In this document: one piece after another, positions 9,241 through 18,253 of the stretch
Position numbering within the stretch: the first letter of the stretch is position 1
Layout: every line of letters begins with the position of its first letter
NCBI GenBank assembly: GCA_021817165.1
Contig: JAKAVT010000003.1
Location: 11,844-75,843, forward strand
Origin: Nanobdellota archaeon
GTDB taxonomy: Archaea; Nanobdellota; Nanobdellia; Parvarchaeales; Parvarchaeaceae
DNA: 64,000 bases
Reading direction: 5' to 3'
Program-made: the position numbers and the translations under genes
Notes under the pieces: model-generated
The model's input: the letters and a program-made list of their open reading frames with translations, nothing else
What the model was told of the DNA's origin: nothing
The model's database searches: none

Positions 9241-10314
9241 ATGAGACCCGAAACGGTGCTTTTAGCGGCACTTATCCTGTTTTTGGCTGTAGGAAGCGTA
9301 AATGCTTCTTCAGTATCGGCATCATTCAATGCGCTTAACAGCAGTGTATCCATAAATCAGGGTGAATATTTCAACCTGTCGGCCTATTTTCCGGTTCCGA
9401 CAAACTATACAGTATTATTAAACGGTACTGCGGTATTGAATGGAAATTTCCCTGCGAATTACAGCGGATATAAATTGCTGTATTACAATGTAAGCAACAC
9501 CCCTTACGGAAAATATTATCCTTCTGTTCATTTTTCAGCCTTTAATTTTCATTTAAACTCGACCGCCAACGTCTACATAAAACCTAGCCCGGATTTCACA
9601 TTTGTGGGTTATTACAAGAACACGGAGATAACCAAGAACTATTCTTGGGTGAACATAACCATTAAAAACAATGGAAACACTCCCTTGCAGATGAACTGGT
9701 CTTTACCCTTCTTCAAAAATATATCAATATCGCTTCCGTCATTTAATCAGACCTTTAAATTGGATCCAAGTTCAACAATAACGATTCCAATAAAGTTATC
9801 ACTGCAAAAAGGTTACCAGAATAACATATCGATTCCGTTTACCGGGACATACCAAAACTATTCCTCCACAAAGTACTACGAAACCATGCTCATAAACCCT
9901 GTTATAAACATGTCATTTTACAACATAAATGTCACGCAGATAAACTCAACCAGAGAACTTTGGATTGCGTATATAAAAAACTACAATAATGTGCCATTAA
10001 ATATAACAATGCTGTTTTCGCTTGAAGTAAACGGGAGTATACTCCATTACAGTACTTCTTATGAACTTGGTGTAAATGCAACAAAAATAGAGATGTATCT
10101 GCCAAAGAGCACAGTGGAAAGCGTGCAAATCTCCTATCAGTCAGAGAACATGTCCAAAGTGAACCAGAATATCTTTACACTGCCAAAGCAGCCCTTCAGT
10201 CCAGATTTACTATCGATAATAAACACGCTTAGCTACGTGATACTTACCGTTATATCCATATTTATATTGATTTTGATACACTTAAGATTTAATAAAAGAA
10301 GGAACAAAAAATAA
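9241..10314 (+). CDS. secreted, C-terminally membrane-anchored, sequon-rich surface protein (CARDB-like segment)
   Basis: Signal peptide (LLAALILFLAVGSVNAS). More than 20 N-x-S/T sequons by eye. NITIKNNGNTPL beta-sandwich-like segment. C-terminal TM plus a basic tail (RFNKRRNKK). Confidence 0.5.
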   Translation: MRPETVLLAALILFLAVGSVNASSVSASFNALNSSVSINQGEYFNLSAYFPVPTNYTVLLNGTAVLNGNFPANYSGYKLLYYNVSNTPYGKYYPSVHFSAFNFHLNSTANVYIKPSPDFTFVGYYKNTEITKNYSWVNITIKNNGNTPLQMNWSLPFFKNISISLPSFNQTFKLDPSSTITIPIKLSLQKGYQNNISIPFTGTYQNYSSTKYYETMLINPVINMSFYNINVTQINSTRELWIAYIKNYNNVPLNITMLFSLEVNGSILHYSTSYELGVNATKIEMYLPKSTVESVQISYQSENMSKVNQNIFTLPKQPFSPDLLSIINTLSYVILTVISIFILILIHLRFNKRRNKK

Positions 10315-10315
10315 G

Positions 10316-10990
10316 ATGGAATTTATAAATAAAAATAACGCAAGGTTTTTTGCATACATAATCATAGACATAACTGCGCTGTTTGTGGTAAATTTCTATT
10401 ATTTGGGCCTTTCGCAGATATTCTCCTATGCCTTGCTGATACTACTTACGGCTTTTCTTATATTTTTAACGAAAAATTTCATAGCAGGCTTCTTTCACAT
10501 AAAAGTGAGCGGCACATTCTGGCTTACGGGACTTATATTTTCGGTAATAGCAACGTTGGTAGCGTCTAGTTTTGGCGTGCCGATACCTATCCCTGTCATA
10601 AGCTATAACAACTACAGCAGAATGAATACAATAAAAGGGATAAAAAAGGGCGCGGTAAAGATACATGAGAAATGGCATATAACCTTTTTGTCTTCTTCTG
10701 TGCTGCTGTTTGCGGCATTCATATTCATAACTTTATGGCATGTCCTGAACCAGAACGGATTTCTTATGTCAGGGATAGCGCTTGCAATGTTTGTTTTGAT
10801 CGACTTTCTACCTGACAAAAGATTCAACGGCGCCAACTTAATATATCATAACTATGTGATTTATTCAATAACTTTTCTTTTCCTTCTTGTTATAGGAGTA
10901 TTAAGCATAATAAATTATGTGGCTTCTTTGATTCTCTTCATAGTATTTATCCTGTTTATATTTGTAACGTACATTATGAAACTCTGGTGA
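10316..10990 (+). CDS. polytopic membrane protein, function unknown
   Basis: About 6 hydrophobic helices. Starts 1 nt after the stop of 9241..10314, suggesting an operon. Confidence 0.5.
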   Translation: MEFINKNNARFFAYIIIDITALFVVNFYYLGLSQIFSYALLILLTAFLIFLTKNFIAGFFHIKVSGTFWLTGLIFSVIATLVASSFGVPIPIPVISYNNYSRMNTIKGIKKGAVKIHEKWHITFLSSSVLLFAAFIFITLWHVLNQNGFLMSGIALAMFVLIDFLPDKRFNGANLIYHNYVIYSITFLFLLVIGVLSIINYVASLILFIVFILFIFVTYIMKLW

Positions 10991-11033
10991 GTTCCACAGT
11001 ATCTACTTTATTTTTGAGTTATTTATAAACCCG

Positions 11034-11056
11034 TATAACGCCGTTATATTTATAAA
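11034..11056 (+). promoter_or_regulatory. palindromic operator (TATAACGcCGTTATA) fused to TATA box (TTTATAAA) of the HTH-sufCBD operon
   Basis: Perfect 7-bp inverted arms at 11034-11048, TATA at 11049-11056, 21 nt to ATG 11078. The same 23 nt recur at 55315-55293 (minus strand) before sufS. Confidence 0.6.
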
Positions 11057-11077
11057 GAATTAAGTTCTATGAAGTGT

Positions 11078-11440
11078 ATGTCAGAACTATTCTGCTCGAA
11101 AGTCATGTCCGAGATAATACCATCATTTAGGGCGATAATAGCGAATAAACTCCTGGAGAAAGGCATGACGCAGAAGGACGTTTCAAAGCTTCTTGGAATA
11201 ACGCAGCCGGCAATTTCACAGTATAAAAGCGGCTTAAGGGGACTTATTACAGAAAAGATGACCAAAAATGAGAAGTTCATGGAATATCTAAATGAAATCA
11301 CTTACAAAGTTTACAGCAAAAACCTTGACATAAATCTTAAGACCTGCGAGATATGCAAAGCTACGAGAGATTTTGGCGTCATAAAAGAAAAGGAAATTAA
11401 GGAGTTTCTTTGCTTACTGCAGATCGCCGGTTCCCGCTAA
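11078..11440 (+). CDS. small HTH (XRE-like) transcription regulator with four Cys; candidate SUF regulator
   Basis: GMTQKDVSKLLGITQPAISQYKSG helix-turn-helix. Cys in FCSK, TCEIC and FLC. Stop overlaps the sufC ATG (TAATG). Start moved from ORF-track 11069 to ATG 11078 on the TATA+21 nt rule. Confidence 0.7.
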   Translation: MSELFCSKVMSEIIPSFRAIIANKLLEKGMTQKDVSKLLGITQPAISQYKSGLRGLITEKMTKNEKFMEYLNEITYKVYSKNLDINLKTCEICKATRDFGVIKEKEIKEFLCLLQIAGSR

Positions 11441-12159
11441 TGGAACAGATGGATGTAAGGGCACTTGAAGCCTCGGTAAACGGCAAAAAGGTGCTGAATG
11501 GAGTTGACATTTCAATACAAAGAGGAAAAATACACGTGCTTATGGGGCCGAATGGCAGCGGAAAAAGCACGCTGGCAAATGTTATAATGGGCAATCCAAA
11601 ATATACTGTAACCGCCGGATTAATAAATTTCAACGGCGAAGACCTACTAAAACTAAAGGTAAATGAGCGCGCTAAAAAAGGGATATTCCTAGCATTCCAG
11701 GAGCCTGTTGAGATATCAGGGGTTAACACGATGAACTTCTTGGTTACAGCACATACTAATTTAAGAGGGAAGGACCCGGAGCTAAGAAAAGAAATCACGA
11801 AAAAGATGAATGAATTGAATCTTCCGGACTCCTTTCTGAAAAGATCGCTAAATGAGGGATTTTCGGGTGGAGAAAAGAAACGGTTTGAACTTTTGCAGGT
11901 TATGCTTTTGAAGCCAAAGATTGCAATACTTGATGAGATTGATTCGGGTATGGACATAGACAGTGTAAGAATGCTTGGCGAGATAACTAAAAACCTGTCT
12001 AAAGACACTGGATTTCTGATGATAACTCACAATGACCATATATTAGATTATATAAAACCGGACATGGTAAGCATAATGAAAGACGGTAAAATAATAAAAA
12101 GCGGGGATTATCAGCTGATTGAACAGATAAGAAAGGAAGGATACAAGCAGCTAATTTGA
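11440..12159 (+). CDS. sufC: Fe-S cluster assembly ATPase SufC
   Basis: GPNGSGKSTL Walker A, FSGGEKKR signature, ILDEIDSGMD Walker B. ATG 11440 preferred to the upstream TTG 11410. Confidence 0.95.
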   Translation: MEQMDVRALEASVNGKKVLNGVDISIQRGKIHVLMGPNGSGKSTLANVIMGNPKYTVTAGLINFNGEDLLKLKVNERAKKGIFLAFQEPVEISGVNTMNFLVTAHTNLRGKDPELRKEITKKMNELNLPDSFLKRSLNEGFSGGEKKRFELLQVMLLKPKIAILDEIDSGMDIDSVRMLGEITKNLSKDTGFLMITHNDHILDYIKPDMVSIMKDGKIIKSGDYQLIEQIRKEGYKQLI

Positions 12160-12160
12160 C

Positions 12161-13555
12161 ATGGAAAAAATAGAGTTTGATTACAGTAAATACGATTTTA
12201 AAAACTCTACTGCGAAATACAAAATTTTATTCAATGAGGGCCTGTCAGAGGAGGTTGTAAAAAGAATTTCAAAGCTTAAGAACGAACCGGAATGGATGAC
12301 GGAGTTTAGGGTAAATGCGTACAAGTTCTTTGTAAAAAGGCCCGTGCCGGAATGGGGCGCAGACCTGTCAAAAATAAACTTTGAAAACATAACTTACTTT
12401 GCAAGAGCTACGGACAAAAAGACAAACAACTGGGATGATCTTCCAGAGGACATAAGAGACACTTACAATAAATTAGGGATACCCGAAGCCGAAAAGAAAT
12501 CGCTGTCCGGAGTGGAAGTAATGTATGAAAGCGAAGTAGTCTACAATAGCGTAAAAAAGGAACTTGAAGAAATTGGCGTCATATTCTGCGATACTGACAC
12601 TGCAATCAAACAGTACCCAGAACTCGTCAAAAAATACTTCGGAAAAGTCATCTCGCCCAATGACAACAAATTCGCGGCATTGAACTCTGCGGTATGGTCT
12701 GGTGGCAGTTTCATATACATTCCAAAAGGCGTAAAAGTGCCAATGCCGCTGCAGGCTTATTTCAGAATAAACGCAGCAAACATGGGACAATTTGAAAGAA
12801 CACTTATAATAGCAGATGAAGGTGCTGATGTTACATATGTGGAAGGTTGCACGGCGCCCGTTTATTCCAAGGACTCTTTGCATGCCGCGGTTGTTGAAGT
12901 AATAGCCCACAAGAACGCACATGTTAAGTATATCACCGTACAGAATTGGTCCAGTGATGTGTACAACTTGGTAACTAAAAGAGCATTCGCATATGAAAAT
13001 GCATTTGTGGAGTGGATAGACGCAAACATGGGGTCAAAAGTTACTGAAAAATATCCTTCGGTGTATTTAATGGAACCGGGCGCAAAGTCAAACGTATTGT
13101 CAGTTGCGTTGGCCAATAAAGGCCAGCACCAGGACACGGGAACAAAAGCAGTGCATTTGGCTCCAAACACCAGTTCAGTCATACGCTCAAAGTCGATCTG
13201 TTTGAATGGCGGAAGAACGACTTACAGAGGTTTGGTAAAAGTAAAGAAAGGAGCGACAGACGTAAAATCAAGCACGAGATGCGATGCATTAATATTTGAT
13301 GATTTTTCAAGAACCGACACTTACCCTTACATGGAGATAGACGAGGAAGAAAGCACGATATCGCATGAAGCATCGGTCGGCAAAATAGGAGATGAGCAGC
13401 TTTTCTACCTTGAATCCAGGGGTTTATCAGAATTGGAAGCCATAAACATGATAGTTCTCGGGTTCATAGCGGAATTCGTAGAGGAGCTGCCGATAGAGTT
13501 CGCAGTCGAATTCAACAGATTGATAAAAATAAATATGGAAGGAGCAGTTGGCTGA
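12161..13555 (+). CDS. sufB: Fe-S cluster assembly protein SufB
   Basis: 464 aa with the typical SufB beta-helix core (FERTLIIADEGADVTYVEGCTAP...; HEASVGKIGDEQLFYLESRG). Confidence 0.95.
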   Translation: MEKIEFDYSKYDFKNSTAKYKILFNEGLSEEVVKRISKLKNEPEWMTEFRVNAYKFFVKRPVPEWGADLSKINFENITYFARATDKKTNNWDDLPEDIRDTYNKLGIPEAEKKSLSGVEVMYESEVVYNSVKKELEEIGVIFCDTDTAIKQYPELVKKYFGKVISPNDNKFAALNSAVWSGGSFIYIPKGVKVPMPLQAYFRINAANMGQFERTLIIADEGADVTYVEGCTAPVYSKDSLHAAVVEVIAHKNAHVKYITVQNWSSDVYNLVTKRAFAYENAFVEWIDANMGSKVTEKYPSVYLMEPGAKSNVLSVALANKGQHQDTGTKAVHLAPNTSSVIRSKSICLNGGRTTYRGLVKVKKGATDVKSSTRCDALIFDDFSRTDTYPYMEIDEEESTISHEASVGKIGDEQLFYLESRGLSELEAINMIVLGFIAEFVEELPIEFAVEFNRLIKINMEGAVG

Positions 13556-13562
13556 TCCTTTT

Positions 13563-14702
13563 ATGAAAAGTGAAAGTGAGCCGAATTGGCTTTTGGAATA
13601 TCGAAAAGAAGAAAGGGAAGCAGCCGATAAATCGAATCTGGAAGATAGAAACATATTCTTAAAATACGTAGAAAAAGAAAATGAGATGTACTTCTATGAT
13701 CTAAAGGAAACAGAAGACAAATCAAATGATTTGCTGCGCTATGACAATGAAACATTTAAGGATAAACTTGAAATTAAAGCTCTAAAAGATTTGGAAAAGC
13801 TGCCAGAGCAGATATATGGATTTAAAGACAAAGACAGGGTTGAAGCGCAGATAAACTCTGATTTTTCCGAAGGAGTTATAATAACATTTAAGGATAACAT
13901 AAACATAAGTAAACCCCTTACAATAAAGCAGGATGTAGACTCTGGCAGAAAAATAACGAAAATAATCCTGTCAATAGGAAAAAACAGCAAACTTTACGTT
14001 AACGACGAGGTGGATTCCTCAAAAAATGCTTATTCCGGTCAAAACGTGTACGTCATTTTAGAAGAAGATTCGGAACTAAATTTTATGCTTTTGGATAAAT
14101 CAAATGGGAGAAGCATTACAAATTTAAGCCTGATAACTAAGGGAAAGGTCAATTTCCTTTCTTTGCTGACAAATGAAAAGATAAGCAGGAACAGGCTGTG
14201 GATAAAAATGCTTGAGCATTCTGAAGTAAACATACAACAAGGATTAATCGGAAACAATGAAAGCTATTTTGACGTTGAAAGCGAGATAATACATTCAGAA
14301 AAAAACACCAAAAGCAATCTTAACTACAGAGCAGTGCTGGATGATAGTTCAAAGGCCGTGTATAAAGGAGTTATAAGACAAGAAAAACCTGCCGTAAATT
14401 CATATGCTTATCTGTCGGAGCATTCGCTTGTCCTTGATAAAAACGCAAAGAGCATTTCGGTACCGAGCTTGGAAATCGAAACAAACGAATTAAAGGCATA
14501 CCACTCTGCATCGTCCCAGCCACTAGACAAAAGCATGCTTTTTTACGCAATGTCTAGGGGTCTTGACAAAAACACTGCGGTCAAAATGATAGCACAGGGA
14601 TTTGTAGAAGTGGTATTCAATAAAACGGAAAACCAGGAATTATTGGATGCTTTGAAAAATCTTATAGAAGACAAAATGGGTTATCTGGACAGTAAACCAT
14701 AA
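13563..14702 (+). CDS. sufD: Fe-S cluster assembly protein SufD
   Basis: SufB/D-family C-terminal region (LKAYHSASSQPLDKSMLFYAMSRGL). Follows sufB. ATG 13563 preferred to TTG 13548. Confidence 0.85.
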   Translation: MKSESEPNWLLEYRKEEREAADKSNLEDRNIFLKYVEKENEMYFYDLKETEDKSNDLLRYDNETFKDKLEIKALKDLEKLPEQIYGFKDKDRVEAQINSDFSEGVIITFKDNINISKPLTIKQDVDSGRKITKIILSIGKNSKLYVNDEVDSSKNAYSGQNVYVILEEDSELNFMLLDKSNGRSITNLSLITKGKVNFLSLLTNEKISRNRLWIKMLEHSEVNIQQGLIGNNESYFDVESEIIHSEKNTKSNLNYRAVLDDSSKAVYKGVIRQEKPAVNSYAYLSEHSLVLDKNAKSISVPSLEIETNELKAYHSASSQPLDKSMLFYAMSRGLDKNTAVKMIAQGFVEVVFNKTENQELLDALKNLIEDKMGYLDSKP

Positions 14703-14740
14703 AAAGTTAAGTATTTTTACTAGAAGACTTAAAATATTGA

Positions 14741-15394
14741 ATGGCGATAATATTTGATTTGGATGGAACTTTGATAAACAGTTTCGAGGTACATTCAGAA
14801 CTGATAAAAAAGGCCACCGACCGCATTCTTGGAAAGGATACTCTGCCACTGAAATTCATATACAACAATATAAGGTTCCCATCCAAAAAAATGCTTGGGA
14901 TAGCATCGGATAAATATAACCTTAAATTAAGCAATAAACAGATGGAGGACATAATAAAACTTAAAGATGCAATGTTTACTAAGAATTACGTAAAGCAAAT
15001 AAAATTTTATCCTGGCTCATTGCAGCTTATAAGATTCATAAAAAATAAAAAAATCGCTTTTTGCATAGCAACTTCAATGAACTCCGAGGAACTGTCAAAA
15101 GTGAAACCTTACCTCAAGCTGGGTTCCCTGGCAAAGATAGTAAATTCTCCGGCATTAAAATATGAAAAGCCTAACCCATACATTATAAACATGGCGCTAA
15201 AACTGCTTAATGCCGACAAAAAAAGAACGTTTTACGTGGGTGATGCCGAAACTGATTACGCCGCAAGCGTAAACGCAGGAGTAACCTTTATAGGCGTAAA
15301 TAATCCAAAACTAAAGAAATTGGGCTATAAGTATTTCAGCGACATAAAATCATTGTCTTCGTTTATTAAGAGAAACTATCTGGTTTTCTTGTGA
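14741..15394 (+). CDS. HAD-superfamily phosphatase (phosphoglycolate phosphatase-like)
   Basis: IIFDLDGTLINS motif I, ATSMN motif II, YVGDAETD motif IV. Confidence 0.8.
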   Translation: MAIIFDLDGTLINSFEVHSELIKKATDRILGKDTLPLKFIYNNIRFPSKKMLGIASDKYNLKLSNKQMEDIIKLKDAMFTKNYVKQIKFYPGSLQLIRFIKNKKIAFCIATSMNSEELSKVKPYLKLGSLAKIVNSPALKYEKPNPYIINMALKLLNADKKRTFYVGDAETDYAASVNAGVTFIGVNNPKLKKLGYKYFSDIKSLSSFIKRNYLVFL

Positions 15395-16650
15395 TTTTTA
15401 GCGTTTACTCTTATGTAGTAAGACAGCGGATTCTTTATAAATTTACACGTTTGATCAGGAAAACAGACGTTAAAAAATTTGTAATATCCCTTTGAATCAC
15501 AGTTTGGAGGCGGATAGGATTTTCCTGAAAAGGCGTATTCAACCTGCTGTAAAATAAGGTTCTGTTTCAAAGGGGGCTTGTTTTTGTTATTCCATTCTAT
15601 GAGGAAGCTCGTTATCTCTTCCTTTGTTCTGCCTATGCTCCTTAAAAAGTTCACGAGTATGAATACGCTGCGTTTCCTTCCATCAGAAAGACCGTTTAAT
15701 ATTATTTTTATGCATGGAGGAAGTTTTGTAACGTCTAATGGGAGAGAAACCGGCATGAATGACTTTGTTTCGGCCGGTTCCGCTGCTTTCCTATCTTCCG
15801 ATTGAAAGGCATCATATGCACGTATAAAGAGCGAAGAAGCCTCGTTTCTCTGCGGTGAGAGATCGAAAAAGTCCAGCTTTGTATCGACGTTTTCAGGCTT
15901 TGCCTGTTCAATATTAAACTCCTCCACTTTGTTCTTATCTATCGGGATTGAAACGAACCACTTTTTCTCATTAAGGGAGTACTGCATCCTGAACATGTGT
16001 CTCTCCGATATGAGCACGGTGTCTATGTCTATTATTGAGTAAGGATCGAATTTGCCATCCTGGTAAAATTTCTCTTTTTCAATGTTTAGTTCCTTCGCTA
16101 TCCTGTCTACGCCATAATTCTTTACCTCGCGTTCCAGCCTGTCTTTAAGTTCGTTCTTAAGAAAAATTGATACGACCATGGGAGCGTCCGGAAAAAGCCT
16201 TTTCGTGCTAATGCCGTTTATAGAATCCGGAAAAGTTTCATAAGGAACCAGCACATGGAAACCGCTGCCGCCGCTGAACTTGACTGACGTGCTTTTTACG
16301 CCTTCACTCCCTATTTTATCTACTATCATTTTAGTGAAAATCTTTGAAATGTCCAGTATCTTGCAGTCCACGTCGATAAGAAGGTCCCAGCCTTTCCTCA
16401 TGTCATCCAACTGGTCCTTTGGAAGCTCTTTGTCAAGCAATAATGGATTAATCCAGCGCTCTTCGCTTACGTGGAAACTGGTGGCTCCGCTTTTGATTAG
16501 CGTCTCCACATCGCTGGGATATTGAAAAAGCATCGGCCTTTTACCGAACTTGTCGTAGTATCTTGCAGCGCATTCCCTGTCTTTAACGTTCAACAGCCTG
16601 TTTATTACGTTGTCATTCAGGTAGTATTTCAGGATATCGGAAGGTTTCAT
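15376..16650 (-). CDS. DNA primase, single-chain fusion of the PriS catalytic domain and a PriL-CTD-like 4-Cys domain
   Basis: PriS motifs DLLIDVD, SGGSGFHV and DTVLISERHMFRMQYSLNEK. The C-terminal part has LPPCIKIIL...GRKRSVFILVNFL plus three further Cys (NCD, VCFP, QTC), matching the PriL Fe-S domain pattern. Confidence 0.85.
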   Translation of the reverse strand: MKPSDILKYYLNDNVINRLLNVKDRECAARYYDKFGKRPMLFQYPSDVETLIKSGATSFHVSEERWINPLLLDKELPKDQLDDMRKGWDLLIDVDCKILDISKIFTKMIVDKIGSEGVKSTSVKFSGGSGFHVLVPYETFPDSINGISTKRLFPDAPMVVSIFLKNELKDRLEREVKNYGVDRIAKELNIEKEKFYQDGKFDPYSIIDIDTVLISERHMFRMQYSLNEKKWFVSIPIDKNKVEEFNIEQAKPENVDTKLDFFDLSPQRNEASSLFIRAYDAFQSEDRKAAEPAETKSFMPVSLPLDVTKLPPCIKIILNGLSDGRKRSVFILVNFLRSIGRTKEEITSFLIEWNNKNKPPLKQNLILQQVEYAFSGKSYPPPNCDSKGYYKFFNVCFPDQTCKFIKNPLSYYIRVNAKNHKKTR

Positions 16651-16764
16651 ATAATAAGATATACTCCAGCGTCATTATTATAATTATACTCGAATAACGG
16701 ATGCCTGCAAAACGGAAAACTTAAAAAGCTTTAAAAACATTAGGTTTCTTTATATTTCAATCGT

Positions 16765-17409
16765 ATGGAGAAAGAAAACGTCGAAAAGGCATTGTCAGAA
16801 GTGTTAAAGGAAATAGACGAAAACAAGAGGGAATTCAAGCAGTCTATAGACTTTATAACAATACTTAGACCTAGGAAGAACAAATCAGAGACTCCGTTGG
16901 ACACGGTATTCACGCTTCCGAATACGGTAAAAGAAATTAAAACTTGCGGCTTCGTAGATAAAGATTTAATAACAAAGGCAAACGAGGTTTTTTCAAAAAC
17001 TATTCTAAAGGATGACTTTCAAACATTTGACAAAAAGTCCATAAGAAAACTCATAAAAGGATATGACTATTTTTTCGCAGAAGCCTCAATAATGGCGCAG
17101 ATGGCCGCAAAATTCGGTAAACAGCTTACTGCCGCAAACAAAATGCCAAATCCAAAAACAAACACTATAATCACTCCCGCATCGGACCTTAAAACGCAGG
17201 CTAAAAAGGTTGAAAACCTGGTAAAAATAAACACTAAGAAAACCAATGCTGTAAGTGTTAAGGTGGGAAATCAGGACTCGCAGAAAGAGAGGATTATTGA
17301 AAATGTAATGTCAATATATTCATTTATAAAATCTAATCTTCTAAATGGAGATGCTAGCATAAAGCACATGTATTTGAAGCCTACAATGGGCAAAAAGGTT
17401 ACTATATGA
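16765..17409 (+). CDS. rpl1: 50S ribosomal protein uL1
   Basis: 214 aa, L1-like sequence. First gene of the L1-P0-P1 order conserved in archaea. Confidence 0.9.
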   Translation: MEKENVEKALSEVLKEIDENKREFKQSIDFITILRPRKNKSETPLDTVFTLPNTVKEIKTCGFVDKDLITKANEVFSKTILKDDFQTFDKKSIRKLIKGYDYFFAEASIMAQMAAKFGKQLTAANKMPNPKTNTIITPASDLKTQAKKVENLVKINTKKTNAVSVKVGNQDSQKERIIENVMSIYSFIKSNLLNGDASIKHMYLKPTMGKKVTI

Positions 17410-18251
17410 AAAAATCCAGGGGATCGACGCAAAAAGAGAAGATGGCTACAGAGCTAAACAAAAAAATAAAGGGGTACAAGACCATAGGTATAATAGAAAT
17501 TGCAGGATATCCTTCTGAAAGCTTTGAAAGACTGAAAAAGGTTTTTAGGGGGAAAGTCGAGTTTATCTACGCAAATAAGGTGGTTATATACAATGCAATA
17601 AATCAGGCAGGATTCAAGCTTTCAGAGAAGGTATCTGATGTAAAGATGCCTGTTCTTCTTCTTTCCAATGAGGATCCATTTGACATCGCAAGAGAAGCGA
17701 TGGACAACAGTACCTTTACAAAACTGAAATCTGGAGAAACATCTGATAAAGACATAATACTGCCGAGCGGACCAACGCCGTTTCCTCCGGGGCCTATGCT
17801 TTCACAGTTCTCATCCATAGGCGTTAAGACAAAAAACGAGGGCGGGAAGATAAGCATACTATCCGACAGTACTGTTGTCAAAAGGGGGGAAAAAGTAAGC
17901 GACAAAATAGCAGGTATACTTTCAAGCATGGACATAAGGCCGAAAGAGTTAGTGCTGTCTATAGTTTATGCTTATGACGGGAAGAATCTATTCAGTAAGG
18001 ACCTGCTGTATACCAAGAAAGAAACCTACATAAGCGAAGTTTCTAAAATATTCAGAGCTGCGCTTGACATATCGATAAAAACGGACATTCCTAACAAATA
18101 TTCAATAAAATATGCAATTAAAAAGATTTATATAGGAGTAAGATTTTTATCTGTAAATAGAAATATAGTCTCAAGTTCGAATGCAAGAGACATATTGGCA
18201 AAGGCGCTGTATCAGGCCGATGCAATAAACAAGGTGATAGGAGGCAAATAA
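17406..18251 (+). CDS. rpl10: ribosomal stalk protein uL10 (P0), short form lacking the acidic C-terminal tail
   Basis: Position between L1 and P1 and an N-terminal L10 domain. Ends ...DAINKVIGGK with no EE..GLxxLFG peptide. Confidence 0.85.
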   Translation: MKKSRGSTQKEKMATELNKKIKGYKTIGIIEIAGYPSESFERLKKVFRGKVEFIYANKVVIYNAINQAGFKLSEKVSDVKMPVLLLSNEDPFDIAREAMDNSTFTKLKSGETSDKDIILPSGPTPFPPGPMLSQFSSIGVKTKNEGGKISILSDSTVVKRGEKVSDKIAGILSSMDIRPKELVLSIVYAYDGKNLFSKDLLYTKKETYISEVSKIFRAALDISIKTDIPNKYSIKYAIKKIYIGVRFLSVNRNIVSSSNARDILAKALYQADAINKVIGGK

Positions 18252-18253
18252 AT

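Noticed and set aside
10991-11000. GTTCCACAGT, which resembles the first 7 nt of the ORB core (GTTCCAC).
   Set aside because: Only a 7-nt match, lacking the GAAATA..AGGTGT part. It is 49 kb from the origin and is probably chance.
11022-11029. A second TTTATAAA box on the left side of the suf palindrome. TTTATAAATAAC is shared with the sufS locus when read on the minus strand, hinting at a divergent promoter.
   Set aside because: No ORF or start codon lies 21 nt downstream on the minus strand; it would only produce an antisense transcript of gene 10316-10990. I kept it as a note only.
11410-11439. Upstream TTG/GTG starts offered by the ORF track: 11410 (sufC), 13548 (sufD), 37297 (sdhA), 52963 (Cas4-like), 62821 and 5724 (nuoI).
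   Set aside because: In each case a downstream ATG gives a tighter junction with the preceding gene or fits the TATA+21 nt rule. It also gives an N-terminus matching homologues. The longer forms would create unnecessary overlaps.
11397-12008. 203-aa ORF antisense to the regulator/sufC junction and sufC.
   Set aside because: It is entirely shadowed by the strongly supported SufC frame on the other strand. Its Ser/Phe/Ile-rich composition has no motifs, which is typical of a codon-bias shadow ORF.
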